From Octopus vulgaris (Eukaryota): a DNA stretch of 64,000 bases. The stretch is taken from the NCBI GenBank assembly GCA_951406725.2, contig OX597818.1, positions 145,886,001 to 145,950,000 of the forward strand. The letters are read 5' to 3'. Made by a program: the position numbers and the translations under genes. The notes beneath the pieces are model-generated. The model was not told the origin of the DNA. It saw only the letters and a list, made by a program, of their open reading frames with translations, and did not search any database. This document shows, piece by piece, positions 42,597-55,974 of this stretch (the stretch's first letter is position 1; each line of letters begins with the position of its first letter).

Positions 42597-42884
42597 ATAT
42601 ATATATATATTATATATACACATATATACATATATAGCAAAAGCACTATAACTAATATGGCTTACACTAAATGCAAAAAACAAATTACAATATACCTACA
42701 ATACATTAAAACATCAGAAACAGGACCTAATAGACAATAGAAGCCTATCACTCACACCCTATAATCAATAAACTCACAATACTAACTAATAACTATGCTC
42801 AGACAAGTTCAACACAATGAAAGAACCCAACCAGAACCAGGATCACAATAAAGTACACACAACCTTGCACATGCGCATCGCCAT

Positions 42885-42930
<46 letters not shown>

Positions 42931-43079
42931 ATACATGAACATATCCATATAATTTTTTATTTATATATTTATGTATATAAATTTATACATACATGCATAC
43001 TCACATACATATATATATATACATGTATATATATGTGTATATATATATATACATATGTATATATACAAACACACTCATA

Positions 43080-43131
<52 letters not shown>

Positions 43132-44099
43132 AACACACTCATATATATGTATATATATATATATATATATATACACATACATAAATTTAGATATTCATGT
43201 CAATGGAAAGCATGCATACATATGCCTACAAGTAATTGTCTCCCTTTAGTTGGTTCTTCATTTTTAAACAACTATGTTGTATTATTCACTTTGGTTAAAT
43301 ATCAGTGCCACGTCTTCTAAGAACGCAATCATCAAATGAAAAAGTTCTTCTCTTTCTCCAGTTTTTTTTTTATTGGTAAGCTTTGATTGAGCAGATATGC
43401 AACACTAGAAATAACCAATGAAACAAGACCTTCTGTGATTCGTGTTTCTGTCCATTCTTTATTCTGGGGCATTTTGTCCTAAAATTTAGGTCTTTAAAAT
43501 CTGTTATCTTTTGTTTGTTTTTTTTTTTGTTTTTTTTTTGTTTTTTTTTTAAAGAGAAGTGATTTTCAGTTGCCTGATTAAGCAGTCCAAGCAACAACAT
43601 AGAAGCCTCTTCATTGGTCTACTTTGTAACCCAGTCGTATATGATGAACCGTGTATTCCATTCCCAGTATTTCCATTGCCTTCACGTCATTTTCCAGTCT
43701 GAGCTTAAATCCAGGTTTCCTTCATGACATTCACTCATCTATCAGGATGTGCCTATAAACCTCGTAGAGGCCTCATAGTGAATGGGTGCCACTAGAAGCT
43801 GAGGCAGAGAAGCCCTTAAGCATTAGATCACTAAGATGTTATCTATTTTCTCCCAGAAAGCAAAAACAGAAAACATTCAGAATTGCTTTGATAGTAATTC
43901 TTTTAACATGTGGCAATACCTAAATCCCATTCATTCCTAAAAGTGGAGTTTCTCTCATCTCCACTGCAAATATGCTTACAGCTACATTCCCAAAAGGGGT
44001 CATTTATTTAAATACATCAACTTGTTTTATCACTGCTTGACACCGTTGATTGAGAAAGGGCAGATTTGTTGCATATATTTTACTGTTTCCCTGTTTGAT

Positions 44100-44112
44100 T
44101 CTCTGTCTCTAT

Positions 44113-44156
<44 letters not shown>

Positions 44157-44455
44157 CTTTCTCTCTCTCCCTCTCTCTTTCTTACTCTCCCCTTTCTTTT
44201 CTTCCTCTCTTTTCCTCTCACTCTCGCTTTTTTTATCTGTCTTTCTTTCTCACTCACACTTTCTTCCTCTCTCTCTCTCCCATCTCTCTCTCCTCGCTCT
44301 CTCCTCTCTCTTTATCTCACTCACTCTCCCTTTCCTTTTCTCGCTCACTTTCTCTGTTTCACTTTCTTTTTATCTCTCTTTCTCTCTCCTCTCTCACTCC
44401 CTCTCTTTCTCTGTCCCTCTCTTTCCTTCTCTCCCTCTCTTTCTCTCTCTCTTTC
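44100..44455. repeat. Degenerate (CT)n polypyrimidine tract
   Basis: Seen directly. Confidence 0.95.
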
Positions 44456-45037
44456 AAAGATAAAGCTGTATATTTGCTGAGGAGTGAATACGAGGTCATT
44501 TTGGCGGAATATTAAAGTTGCTAGGAGACTAGAATGATTTTTTTTCTACAAAAGAAAAATGAATGTATGCATGTATGAATCCATGAATAAATATAAATAA
44601 ATAAATAAAACTGGATATGTATTGTCAAAGTACTATATTTTTTATTCCTGTTGTTATTAATATTGATAAGCTGCGAAAAAGAGATCATAATAAAACAAAA
44701 AAAAGTTGCTTTCAAACTTGTGAATGAATAGCATCCCAATGGAAACTTCTTTATTTCCCTGTCCTGTTCAAATTGCACTTTTATATTGTATGTAAGAAAT
44801 AAATAAATATATGCCAAGAAAACCCTGTGTAAATTTGGTTTAAAAGGATTAAAAGTTGAAATCTAAATATGGGGAGAGGGTATTTGGAATTATGATACAG
44901 ACAAAAAAAAGTAAAGGAAAAAATACAATTGAAGAAACAATAATCCTAATGATGATAACAATACATGCTGTACATACTGTGTAAGGTTTTTAAAAATTTT
45001 TTTAAATTTTATTTTATTTTTGTCTTTGGTCAGTAAG

Positions 45038-45444
45038 TGTTATTTCTTGTTTGCTTCTATCTAGAAATCAAAGGAAATAACTACAATTCCCTTCAGACTT
45101 TGCTTTTGTGACCTGGACATCAATGTTTTGAAACTGACCTATTTTCCATTACATTTCAGACAGATTCAGCACTGAGTTACAAATGCAGAAATATCATTAT
45201 AGCAAATATTCTCTTCGATACCACAGATTTGCTTGTCAGTCACTTGACCAGAACCACTTGAGCATGTCCCTGAGTGGCTGACAATATATGCATTGCTGAT
45301 CATGAACAGGAGTAGTTGGGAAGCATCATAGCCATGTATCAAGAGAGACTCTTTGGGGTTTGAATAAATGTAACAAAAGCAAAGTTTGAAGGAAATAGTA
45401 GTCATTTTCCACACTTTCTAGGGGTCAGCAAAGAGGAAATAACA
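45038..45444. mobile_element. MITE-like element with ~18-bp TIRs
   Basis: tgttatttcttgtttgct versus agcaaagaggaaataaca (2 mismatches). Confidence 0.5.
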
Positions 45445-45718
45445 GTTGATACCCAAGGGCAAAAATCATGTTGCATGGTGTAATTACAATGATGATAACA
45501 CTAATTAGAGAAGTTGAAATTTACTCCTTAACATTGTCTACAAGATTTTTATCTGAGTTAGATCCTTAAAACATCTCTGAAGGGATCAGTTTTAAATATA
45601 TCCTCTTGAATAATTAGCAAAGAGTAGTCAGATGATGGTTAAATCACAGTGAAGGTTAAAACTAGTTCAACTGCTCCCCTTATTTTCTGTCCATATCTGT
45701 AACTCGATACAATAAAGT

Positions 45719-45815
45719 GTTCCCTGAGGACCAGTTGTGGTTTAGTATCTATACACATCTGAAACTTCTATCAGAAGGCTCTAAACAACCACAGTGGTGA
45801 AACATGCATAAGAAC
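45719..45815 (+). ncRNA. Solitary degenerate hammerhead motif
   Basis: gttcc-CTGAGGA-cca-gttgtggtttag...ctaaacaaccacagtggt-GAAAC-atgc-ATA-agaac. Confidence 0.6.
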
Positions 45816-45892
45816 TTTAATGTACTTTAATGCAAACTTGAGTTTATCCTTATTTTTTTCCATAGAATAAATAATAATATATATGTGTATAT

Positions 45893-46350
45893 CATCATCA
45901 TCATCGTTTAACGTCCGCTTTCCATGCTGGCATGGGTTGGATGATTTGACTGAGGACTAGTGAACCAGATGGCTGCACCAGGCTCCAATCTCATCTGGCA
46001 GAGTTTCTACAGCTGGATGCCCTTTCAAAGGCCTACCACTCTGAGAGTGTAGTGGGTGCTTTTTCGTGCCACCGGCACGAGGGCCAATCAGGTGGTACTG
46101 GCAACGGCCATGCTCAAATGGTGTTTTTTATGTGCCACCTGCACAGGAGCCAGTCCAGTGGCACTAGCAACGACCTCGCTCTATTGTTTTTTCAGATGCC
46201 ACCAGCACAAGTGCCAGTAAGGCAACGCTGGTAACAATAAAGCTCGAATGGTGCTTTTTACATGCCATTGGCACAGAAGCCAGTCAGCTGCTCTGGTAAC
46301 GATCATGCTTGGATGGTACTCTTAGTGCTCCACTAGCACGGATGCCAGTC
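45893..46350 (-). mobile_element. SINE family 2 with ~5 internal tandem units of ~60-65 nt
   Basis: Repeated gtgcttttt..gtgccacc.gcac...gccagtc...ctggcaacg...atgctc units next to the family-2 tail. Confidence 0.88.
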
Positions 46351-46365
46351 ATCAAATTCTACCTT

Positions 46366-46528
46366 AATAGGTATAATATTAAATATTTGAATAAAAGAAG
46401 GGTAAAAATACTGCTGGCCAAAAGTGAAAACAAAAGCTTCAAAAACCACCAAATCCTACGATAAATACACACACGAGTAATGCAATGAACACCCTTCTTT
46501 TATTCAAATATTTAATATTATACCTATT
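46366..46528. repeat. Fold-back with perfect 38-bp arms
   Basis: aataggtataatattaaatatttgaataaaagaagggt versus acccttcttttattcaaatatttaatattatacctatt. Confidence 0.9.
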
Positions 46529-46600
46529 GAGGTAGACATCTTGCTGACCACCTAATTTTTACTATTTTTAACAGCAATAATGCTTTCATATAGTCACTTT

Positions 46601-46636
<36 letters not shown>

Positions 46637-46888
46637 TATGTGTATATATAAATAGAAGAGATAAAAGAAGTGAGGTGAGAGAATAGATATTTACTCCATT
46701 CATTGACAGCTGTTTCATAATCATGTGAGTTATATAATAGATATCACATCAATATTCATATGTATATAAAATATATAGATATATATATACATGTATATAT
46801 GCATATGTACGTCGAAATATACAAAGGTGCCAACAGGGGAACTAACAGACTAATCCTCAGAACAATTCAATTATACATATATACATGC

Positions 46889-46919
<31 letters not shown>

Positions 46920-47141
46920 CATACATACATACATACATAAATGTAAGATCCAAGGATCAAGGTGTAGGAAGAAAGTTAGCTTCAAGCAAACCATAGAAAA
47001 TATATAAAAAACAACTTTCAGGAACAATAGTGTTTTATTGCTGCAAAGTTGTGGATTTTTTCCACATTGAAGCATGGTAAGCTGAAAAAACTGTTTTGCA
47101 TATCCCAGTAGGCAAGCAAGGTAGCCAGGTATGCAAATAAA

Positions 47142-47470
47142 ATACAAGAGTTAAGAAATGGAGCAGATAATATCCAGATTGCATACGTTTCATAGCGAGC
47201 GAAACCTTGGAAGTGACAAATATCCAAGTGAGGTGTATACTGCAGGCTACTCTTCAGGCCAAAGGTATCTTGATTAAATGTTTACAATATCACAAGGAGG
47301 TACATGTCAACACCAGTGACAATGTAAACTTCATTTAATTAAGATACCCTTGGCCTGTAGTGTAGCCTGTGGTATACATCTCACTTGGATATATACCACT
47401 TCTGAGGTTTCACTCACTATGAAACATATGTAGCCCAGATCTTATCTAGTCCATTCCCTAACTCTTGTAT
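47142..47470. mobile_element. Fold-back, ~145-bp diverged arms, hammerhead in both arms
   Basis: Left arm (minus): ggc-CTGAAGA-gtagc...gctat-GAAAC-gtat. Right arm (plus): ggc-ctgtagt-gtagc...actat-GAAAC-atat-GTA-gcc. Confidence 0.85.
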
Positions 47471-47609
47471 ATATATATATATTTATACATATATAATAAC
47501 AATAATAATAATTGATTAAGTAACCAGAAGATGGGTTTGGTTTTACTTTTTATTTTGAATGACTAATCAAGCTTCTGGTTACTTAATCAGTTTTTATTAT
47601 TTTATTATT

Positions 47610-47803
47610 CTTTCATTCTTTTCAGTTATTTTGACAGCAGCCATGCTGGAGCACCACCTTTAGTCGAGCAAATCAACCCCAGGACTTATTCTTTGTAAGC
47701 CTAGTACTTATTCTATCGGTTTCTTATGCTGAACCGCTAAGTTACGGGGATGTAAGCACACCAGCATCGATGTCAAGCAATGTTGGGACACACACACACA
47801 CAA

Positions 47804-47840
<37 letters not shown>

Positions 47841-48068
47841 TACACACACACACACAACACACACACACACACACACAGACACACACACAAACATACACAC
47901 ACACACAAATATATACGACGGGCTTCTGTCTAGCAATTCCACTCACAAGGCTTTTGCCGACCCGAAGCTATAGTAGAAGACACTTGCCCAAGGTGCCACG
48001 CAGTGGGACTGAACCTGCAACTATTTGGTTGGTTAGCAAGCTACTTACCACACAGCCACTCCTGCGCC
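47610..48068 (-). mobile_element. tRNA-derived SINE, family 1, with expanded internal (CA)n
   Basis: Matches 1446-1872. Confidence 0.9.
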
Positions 48069-48452
48069 TAAAAGGTATTTGCATTGACCAATTAATTATT
48101 AATTATTAATTATAATTGAAGGTACGCAAAGTACTAGCATTGCTGGAAATAAGTGTCAAAAAATACTCAAATAAGCTACCATTTTACTGAAAATACAACA
48201 GGCTGACAAAAATCGAGGGACGAGCAAAATTTAACTTACCATTGCGGTTGGAAGTCGCAAATGAGGATCACGGATATCTTTAAATCACATGATTTTGAAC
48301 TTTGAGATATTTCTCCTAGTTCCTATCAGTAGGTTTCCCTGTTAGATAAATGTTAAATCTATACTCGCTTCTTCAAGCCTGCCAAAATCGTTGAAAGACC
48401 AGCACCAAATTCAAATGTTATCAGTGCATAATCAGACATAAATAAATAAAGA

Positions 48453-48506
<54 letters not shown>

Positions 48507-48745
48507 CATCATCATTATTATTATTATTATAATTATTGTTGTTGTTGTTGATAAATAACAACAATAATATAAGTCACCAGCAAGCGTAAAAGCCAAAAAG
48601 GCAAATTTATAAATTTATAATTAACTATTAATTATAATTGAGGGTACACAAAATACCAGCGTTGCTAGAGATAAGAGTTGAAAAATACTTTAATAAGCTA
48701 CCATTTCACTGATTTTCACTCAGTGGAAACTGATAGAAACCCATT

Positions 48746-48747
<2 letters not shown>

Positions 48748-48810
<63 letters not shown>

Positions 48811-48935
48811 GTGTGTGTGTGTGTGTGTGCATGTGTGTGTGTGTGTGTGTGTGTGCATGTGTGTGTGTGTGCATGTGTGTGTGTGTGCATGTGTGTGTGT
48901 TTGTGTGTGTATGTGTATGTGTGTGTGCATGTGTG
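48748..48935. repeat. (TG)n microsatellite
   Basis: Seen directly; followed by a family-1 SINE tail at 48935-49145. Confidence 0.95.
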
Positions 48936-49189
48936 TTTGTCAGTCCTGTCTTTGGCTTCCACTTCTGCTTCACAACTAGTGTTGGTGTTTTTATGTCCCC
49001 ATAACTTAGTGGCTCAGCAAAAGATACCATTAGAATATGTAGCAGTCTTTAAAGAGCAATAACATCTGGGGTCAATTCATTTGACAAAATATTCTCCAGG
49101 GGTGCTCCAGCATGGTTACAGTCTAATGAGAGAAACAGTTAAAAAATTAAACAAAAGGTAAAAGATGCATATATATATATATATATGTA

Positions 49190-49610
49190 AAGTGGTTGGC
49201 ATTTGGAAGGGCATCCAGCTGTAAAAACCTTGCCAAAACTGACCTCACCTGTGCTTGTGCCACATGAATAGCACTCACTCCACTTTTCTGGGTGATTAGT
49301 ATTAGGGAGGGCATCCCACTATAAAATCCCTACCAGAACAGACACAGAAGTCTGGTGCAGGCTTCTGCTTGGCTGGCTCCTGTCAAACCACTCAACCCAT
49401 GCCAACATGGGAGGCAGACATTAAATGGCACGTAAAAAGCACCCACTACACTCATGGAGTGGTTGGCGTTAGGAAGGGCATCCAGCCGTAGAAACTCTGC
49501 CAGATCAGACTGGAGCCTGGAGCAGCCCCTGGCTTCCCAGACCCCGATCGAACCATCCAACCCGTGCGAGCGCGGAAAACGGATGTTAAACAATGATGAT
49601 GATGATGATG
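49190..49610 (+). mobile_element. Adjacent family-2 SINE copies
   Basis: Repeated gtggttggc.tt.ggaagggcatccagc.gta.aaac motif; ends in (GAT)n. Confidence 0.85.
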
Positions 49611-49645
49611 ATATATATGTATAGATATATATATATATATATATA

Positions 49646-50140
49646 CTAGCAGTATCGCCCGGCGTTGCTCGGGTTTGTAAGGGAAATAACTATATATAAG
49701 CATTATAGATGCCAATTCGGGCTTTCTTAGCCATTTCTGTTTTGATGTCTTCAAGCCATGAAGTCGTTGTTCTAAAAGAACGCTGGTCTCCTTGACAACG
49801 CTTTACGACGTTGATTTCCTTACACTCCCTTCCCCACAGCTTCACGAGGGAGGGAAGAAGGGGGAGAAGCAAACAGGTGCAGGTGTGACCATGGACGCCA
49901 ACTCCGCCGCCATCGACACACAAAAAATTATGCATTAAAATGGAATAAAAAATGATGTTAAATTATTTTTAAAATCGTAGACTCATCGTAGACGTGCGCT
50001 AATACTCAGACAGGCTCGATATGAATCACGACTATCAGATACCCGAATTTGGTTAAACTGCACTGCAAAATGTGGGAGTAGTTAGGAATCTAAATCGAAG
50101 GGGACAGACACTCACACAACTACAGTTTTATATATATAGA
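49646..50140 (-). mobile_element. Non-autonomous Helitron
   Basis: Minus strand begins A|TC at 50140 and ends CTAG|T at 49646, with GC hairpin cccgagcaacgccggg just before the 3' end. No TSD. Confidence 0.75.
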
Positions 50141-50160
50141 TATATATATATATATAAATT

Positions 50161-51503
50161 AATAAATGGGGTTAAACGCAGGTGTTATTTAAATCTTTTT
50201 ACTTCCAATATATGTTTCAAAGAAAACATTGGTATTATTCCAGAAGGATTGAAATGATGTAAAACAATGCAATCTTCTCATCAGGGAATGAAAGAAACCA
50301 AACACATCAATAAGACATTTTAACAGAATGTGTTGACTGTGCACATAATTAAGGGAATGCTAGCAAGCTTTTTTTAAAAAAAACTTTAATAGATATAATG
50401 TCAAAGGTAGTTTATAGAAAAAGGAGGAGAAAGAAAGAAATTAGCAGAAAACTAAGAGTGGAGAGATACAGAGCGATAATTAAATAGGAGTAAAGCTTAA
50501 GGGCTTGGAATTAGATACATTTAGTGAAAGTGAAATGTAAGAAGACAGTCAAAGATCCAATTTTGTAGAATGATAGAAATTACTTATAGGAACTAAAGGT
50601 ATGTCTTTGCCAATGTTTGTAACAATAAATGCATACTATATATGTGTTTACAAGAGGATTCTCTGAGAACAGGATGCAATACATTTCATCGTTACAAAGT
50701 GAACAAAAAGATTTACCTTTATCATACAGAAATGATATAGATAGAATATTCTATTCCGAATCAAATTGTTTATTACGATCCTTTAGATACCAAATTAATT
50801 TACTTAGCACAGTATTGTTACATTTATTGATTTGTCTAAATGTAACAATATTGGGCTTAGTAAATTAATTAGGTATCTAAAAGATCATAATAAACAATTT
50901 GATTTGGAATAGAATATTCTATCTATATCATTTCTGTATGATAAAGGTAAATCTTTTTGTCCGCTTTGTAACGATGAAATGTATTGCATCCTGTTCTCAG
51001 AGAATCCTCTTGTAAACACATATATAGTATGCATTTATTGTTACAAACATTGGCAAAGACATACCTTTAGTTCCTATAAGTAATTTCTATCATTCTATAA
51101 AATTGGATCTTTGACTGTCTTCTTACATTTCAATTCCACTAAATATATCTAATTCCAAGCCCTTAAGCTTTACTCCTATTTAATTATCGCTCTGTATCTC
51201 TCCACTCTTAGTTTTCTGCTAATTTCTTTCTTTCTCCTCCTTTTTCTATGAACTACCTTTGACATTATATCTATTAAAGTTTTTTTTAAAAAAAAGCTTG
51301 CTAGCGTTCCCTTCATTATATACGCCATCATCATATTCTGTTAAAATGTCTTATTGATGTGTTTGGTTTCTTTCATTCCCTGATGAGAAGATTGCATTGT
51401 TTTACATCATTTCAATCCTTCTGGAATAATACCAATGTTTTCTTTGAAACATATATTGGAAGTAAAAAGATTCTAATAACACCTGTGTTTAACTCCATTT
51501 ATT
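50161..51503. mobile_element. 1.34-kb near-perfect palindrome (~665-bp arms, 10-nt loop)
   Basis: 50161-50826 is the reverse complement of 50837-51503; loop ttgatttgtc. Confidence 0.95.
51376..51461 (+). ncRNA. Hammerhead motif in right arm (mirror copy at ~50203-50288, minus strand)
   Basis: UUCC-CUGAUGA-GAAGA..CAUUG...CAAUG..UCUUU-GAAAC-AUAU-AUU-GGAA. Confidence 0.65.
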
Positions 51504-52556
51504 TAATTATCTATGTTATACAAAACATTTCATCAAAACCTGGAATTTCTACCTTTATTAGTAGGCTGTTACATCCTTGGTACTTTTGTGAACTTTTGCT
51601 ATCCTGGTAACTATTTATTTTTTCTGTGTTATTTGTAAACATTGAAAAAATACACATACATTTATGTATATATATATATATATATAATGCATCAAGTACA
51701 GGACATCACCAACGAGTGAAAATTACATAGACACACAAGTGATAAGTTCAGTACAAATTACCAAACAATATACAATAAGAACATGTCATCACCAAGGGGA
51801 AAATACTCAAACGTGTATATATATATATGGCTGTGTCCAGGTTATTTGTCAGAAGGGCTCAGCATGGTAGAGCAGAATGAGTAGAAACAGATACACCAGG
51901 TGTATAACATGCCACTATATAAGTTTTAGGCTCAAAGTTCAAGCTACATTAAGTTCCCACTGCAGTATAATGCATTTTGTAGAATATCAATAGAGATTAG
52001 GGCTATTTCAGAGTAGGAAGAGCCATATACAGTTTAAAAGAATAACCAGAAAGCAGACGGTTGGCATTTCAATAATTCCATTACATTACTTTCAATTGTC
52101 AATAATCAATATTCAAAGATGGTACATATTATATCGACCATCAGCTACATCGTCAGATGGTATGGTGCAATATGGTTTATCATAGCAGTTTTGCCCTTAT
52201 AATACAGAAATGATTCATGCATCAGCCAATGATAAGAAGAAAAGTAAAGAGTAGAAATAAAAGTTAACATGTGCAATTAAAGATTGAAACAATTGTTAGA
52301 AAGAATACACGACTGTTGAGGTTATGAAGTTAAGGTGTCAAAGAGAAATACACAAACATTAATTCATTGCAATAAACTGACCCAGAACATAAAAGAACAT
52401 TAAAAAATTTCAAATTGGAGAAAAAAATTTATAATTATGTATAAACCAAATATGCAAAGAGGCATAAAGCAAAGAAAAGAAACAAAACAAAACAAAATGT
52501 TTGCATTGGGAAGATCAGATTACACACTCACAAGCGCATGTGCATGCATGCACACA

Positions 52557-52597
<41 letters not shown>

Positions 52598-52790
52598 ACA
52601 CACACACACACATACACACACATACATACTTTTCCATGCACCATCCTGGTGTCCTGGTGATGGTGTATGGCAAAATGACTGAAACACCAAATGACCCCAG
52701 GAAATGTCAGTGGTGTTTTGCATATGTATATATGTATGTATATACCTCTATGTATCTATGTATATATATGTGTGTATGTATATATATATA

Positions 52791-52832
<42 letters not shown>

Positions 52833-52990
52833 CTATATATAATATATATTATATAATATTATATTATATATATATTATATAATAGTAATAACAAAGGGTA
52901 AAATTAATAGCTAGCGTTTTTTGGCTGCTATTTCTAAGATTCGGTATGTGGTAAAGCAAATCTTTGCTGAACCCCAATTATTTAGTATAT

Positions 52991-53040
<50 letters not shown>

Positions 53041-54039
53041 ATATATATGCACATTCACACATCATCATCATCATGCTGGCATCAGTTGGATGGTTTGACA
53101 AGATCCAATAAGCCAGAGGACTGCTGCATCATCAGGATCCAGTATCGAGATGTCCTTCATAACCCTGACACAAGTGAAGATCACTGAGTAACTTGCAAGA
53201 CAAAGACAAAGAAAAAAAGAGAAGAAGAAGAAGAAGAAGAAGAAGAAGAACAACAACAACTACTACTACTACTACTACAACAACACACCACCTAGGTTGT
53301 AGTGCCATTATGTCAAATGCTAAGAGGCTAAAGTATGATAGCACAGGTGTCTTACTCTACAGAAAAGACATGGCTACATCATATAACAGCAGACGGTGCG
53401 GGGATATCTGGAAAAAAGATAGTGATGTTTGTGACTTGGTGTAAGAAGATACTGTCAAAGCTTAAGGAGACAAATATAAGAGAAAACATGGACTGGGGAT
53501 ATGAAAGGGGTAGATAATTTCACGGAAAAGTTAGAATAAAGTGATAAGGGATTATGGATGAATGTAATGGCTAATGCAGTGAATGATGTACGAGGGTGGA
53601 GGTGTGGTCAGTGGTAAATATTATGGAGGAGAAGGTAAATGAAATAGCCCAGAAAGGGGATAAGTGGCAATGTAAGATAGGGTGGATTACAGTAGTATAA
53701 AGGGCAAATCAATAGATTAGAAATGAAAGAGGGAGGAAGAGGTGTACAAGAAGACAGATGAAAGTTAGAGGTATGCAGTGGTGGCTATAGTGTATGGGGA
53801 ACAGAGATGGTGGTCTGTTGAGAGTGACAGCTGGTAGAAGAGAGTGTATGGCTAATGATGTATGGCTAAGATGTAGCTCAGAGGTCAGGGAGAAATGTGG
53901 TACAGAAAGGGTGAGCTGTAGAAAATGAATCATGAAAGGATGACATTGGTAAAGAAGGATTGATGTTAAAGGAAGTGTGTGTGTATGCATATTCTCATAT
54001 ATTTTTATGTGTGTGTATATATAAATATATATATTTTTT

Positions 54040-54228
54040 TTTTTACTGGGGAAGGCTGGTTTATGGGATTACTCTGGGTTTCCTGTCTATAAAGGGTTTA
54101 ACTTTATGGCATCTCGTCAGACCCCAAAACCTGTTGGCCTAAGACCCCTTCAAGATATTAAAAAGTTAAACCCTATATGGACAGGAAACCCAGGGTAATC
54201 CCATAAACTGGCCTTCCCCAGTAAAAAA
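54040..54228. mobile_element. Small fold-back with hammerhead motif
   Basis: Arms of ~67 bp. Minus strand 54124-54066: gggt-CTGACGA-gatgcc-ataaag...ctttat-agacag-GAAAC-ccaga-GTA-atcc. Confidence 0.85.
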
Positions 54229-54309
54229 TATATACTGCTCAACATCTTAAAGTGTACTACTTCTCTGGATTTATGTTTTCTGCAAATGATATATATATAT
54301 ATATATAAA

Positions 54310-54500
54310 CTAGTAAATCCCAAAAAAGAAGAACAACGTGAGGACGTGGTACATGTAAAAAATTAGCAGACACTCAGGGAAGGAAAGAAAGATGGTTAAA
54401 TGTTTTGAGCAATGCTCTTCTTCAGAAACAGAGGAAAGTCCAATAGAAAGGAAGATGGAGGAAGGAAATTGTCAATGATTCACATGTGGTTACATTTTGA
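54310..54500 (-). mobile_element. Short hammerhead element, family B
   Basis: Minus strand: ttt-CTGAAGA-a-gagc-att-gctc-AAAAC-att. Homologous to 58800-59020. Confidence 0.6.
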
Positions 54501-54626
54501 AATATATATATATAAGAAATGATTGAGATTCAATTGAATTAGGTACTTAAGTTAAAGCATCAAATCAGTGCAGTATTATCTGTACAACTCACAGATCAAA
54601 ATAAGCAACAGGATACCAAAAACTGA

Positions 54627-54712
54627 TGCAGTATGAGCGTTTCAAGCAGCTCCATTTAATTGAACAATGCAATAATTACATCAATTTAAATGCAGAGCTA
54701 TCCTCAGCTGCA
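54627..54712 (-). ncRNA. Hammerhead motif (mirror at ~58572-58656, plus strand)
   Basis: UGCAG-CUGAGGA-UAGCUC...GAGCUG-cuu-GAAAC-GCUC-AUA-CUGCA. The mirror copy retains GUA. Confidence 0.7.
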
Positions 54713-55974
54713 TAGATAAATAAATAGAATTTTTAATCAGTCGGACATTAGTATAATTTTACTCAAATACTCTAATAGAACAGGAAAATGGAAAGAATCC
54801 ATGTTGCCACTAGCATAGCTAAGAATATACTACACTTCTAAGAAATGCATGAAGTGTGTTGGGGGTCATAGCTTGTAAAGGATTGTGGTTCATTTTTAAT
54901 TTATTACCCTTTTTATCAACTACTAAATCTAAGACTAGAGGGCTGCATCTGTTTAGAATGGAGAGCAGGAGTGAGTTGACAGCACATAGCTGTGTATGGT
55001 CATAAATATTGACAAGATTTTAGGAGTAGTATAAAGTAATTGTCTGCAAAGGAGGCTGGGTAGGGGAAGACCACAAATCAAGATGTTAATAACCAGTTAA
55101 AGGGACAAGACGCTAATAAAACCTGTGATGTTAATACAGGGGAAATTTCATCATTGGGTACTATGGGTGATTGTTTATAAATAATATTGTTTTGTTGTAT
55201 AAAGATAAAATTTAAAATTATCAAAAATGATATTATAACCAAATTAGATAAAATGTGTATATATACCAATTTTTAACATTAGAAAGGGAAGATTACATAG
55301 AATTAGTTTAATATTCATTCATGTACTTAATTATTTACTTATTAGGTGGTTTCTATAAAAACTGCTCTGGGAATTTGCTTATGGAATACTGGGGCAATAA
55401 ACCATGCTATCTATATATTGATTATAAGCTAAGAATCAGAAAAAAATCGAAAATAATAAAAGTTGTGTACAGATACACACACATATTTATCTATATGCAC
55501 ACATATAAATATTTATACATTATTATGGATATATTATAATCAACTCTCATAAAATAAGTAACTAGAAAGTTTATGTCTCTATTTAAAAACAGTTACATCT
55601 TATAAGGGATAAGAGGTTAATAGGTAAAGATATCAAAATATGAAAACAAAATAATAAGAAATTACAGAGAAGAGTAAGAAAATAAAGAGACAGAGTATTA
55701 AAATTTGAGGTAGGGGAGAGATAAAGATAACCTCAAAGAAGAAGCAATAGGTATGGGAATAGAGAGGGCAGTTGGAGGTATTCAGACCAAAGAGGTATTT
55801 TATAAGTTGTAAATTTACTGGTGCTATCACATACATGATTTTATAGTTTCCCAGGGGTATATAATTAGGAGGCTTACTTGCATAAAAGCCATTACAAAAA
55901 TACGCAATATGATCAGTACGGTAGAACAGCATAGAAAGGAACAAATAGTTTAATCACCAAAAACAAGATGAAGT

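Noticed and set aside
43990-44523. Possible Helitron ending in CTAG after the CT tract
   Set aside because: No convincing 3' hairpin or 5' TC boundary.
46055-46350. Regularly spaced repeats resembling a CRISPR array
   Set aside because: The whole units are homologous, with no unique spacers. They lie inside a eukaryotic SINE and there are no cas genes.
48234-48345. Candidate minus-strand exon (ctaacag acceptor, GGTAAGT donor)
   Set aside because: Stops in all three frames, and it lies inside a repeat.
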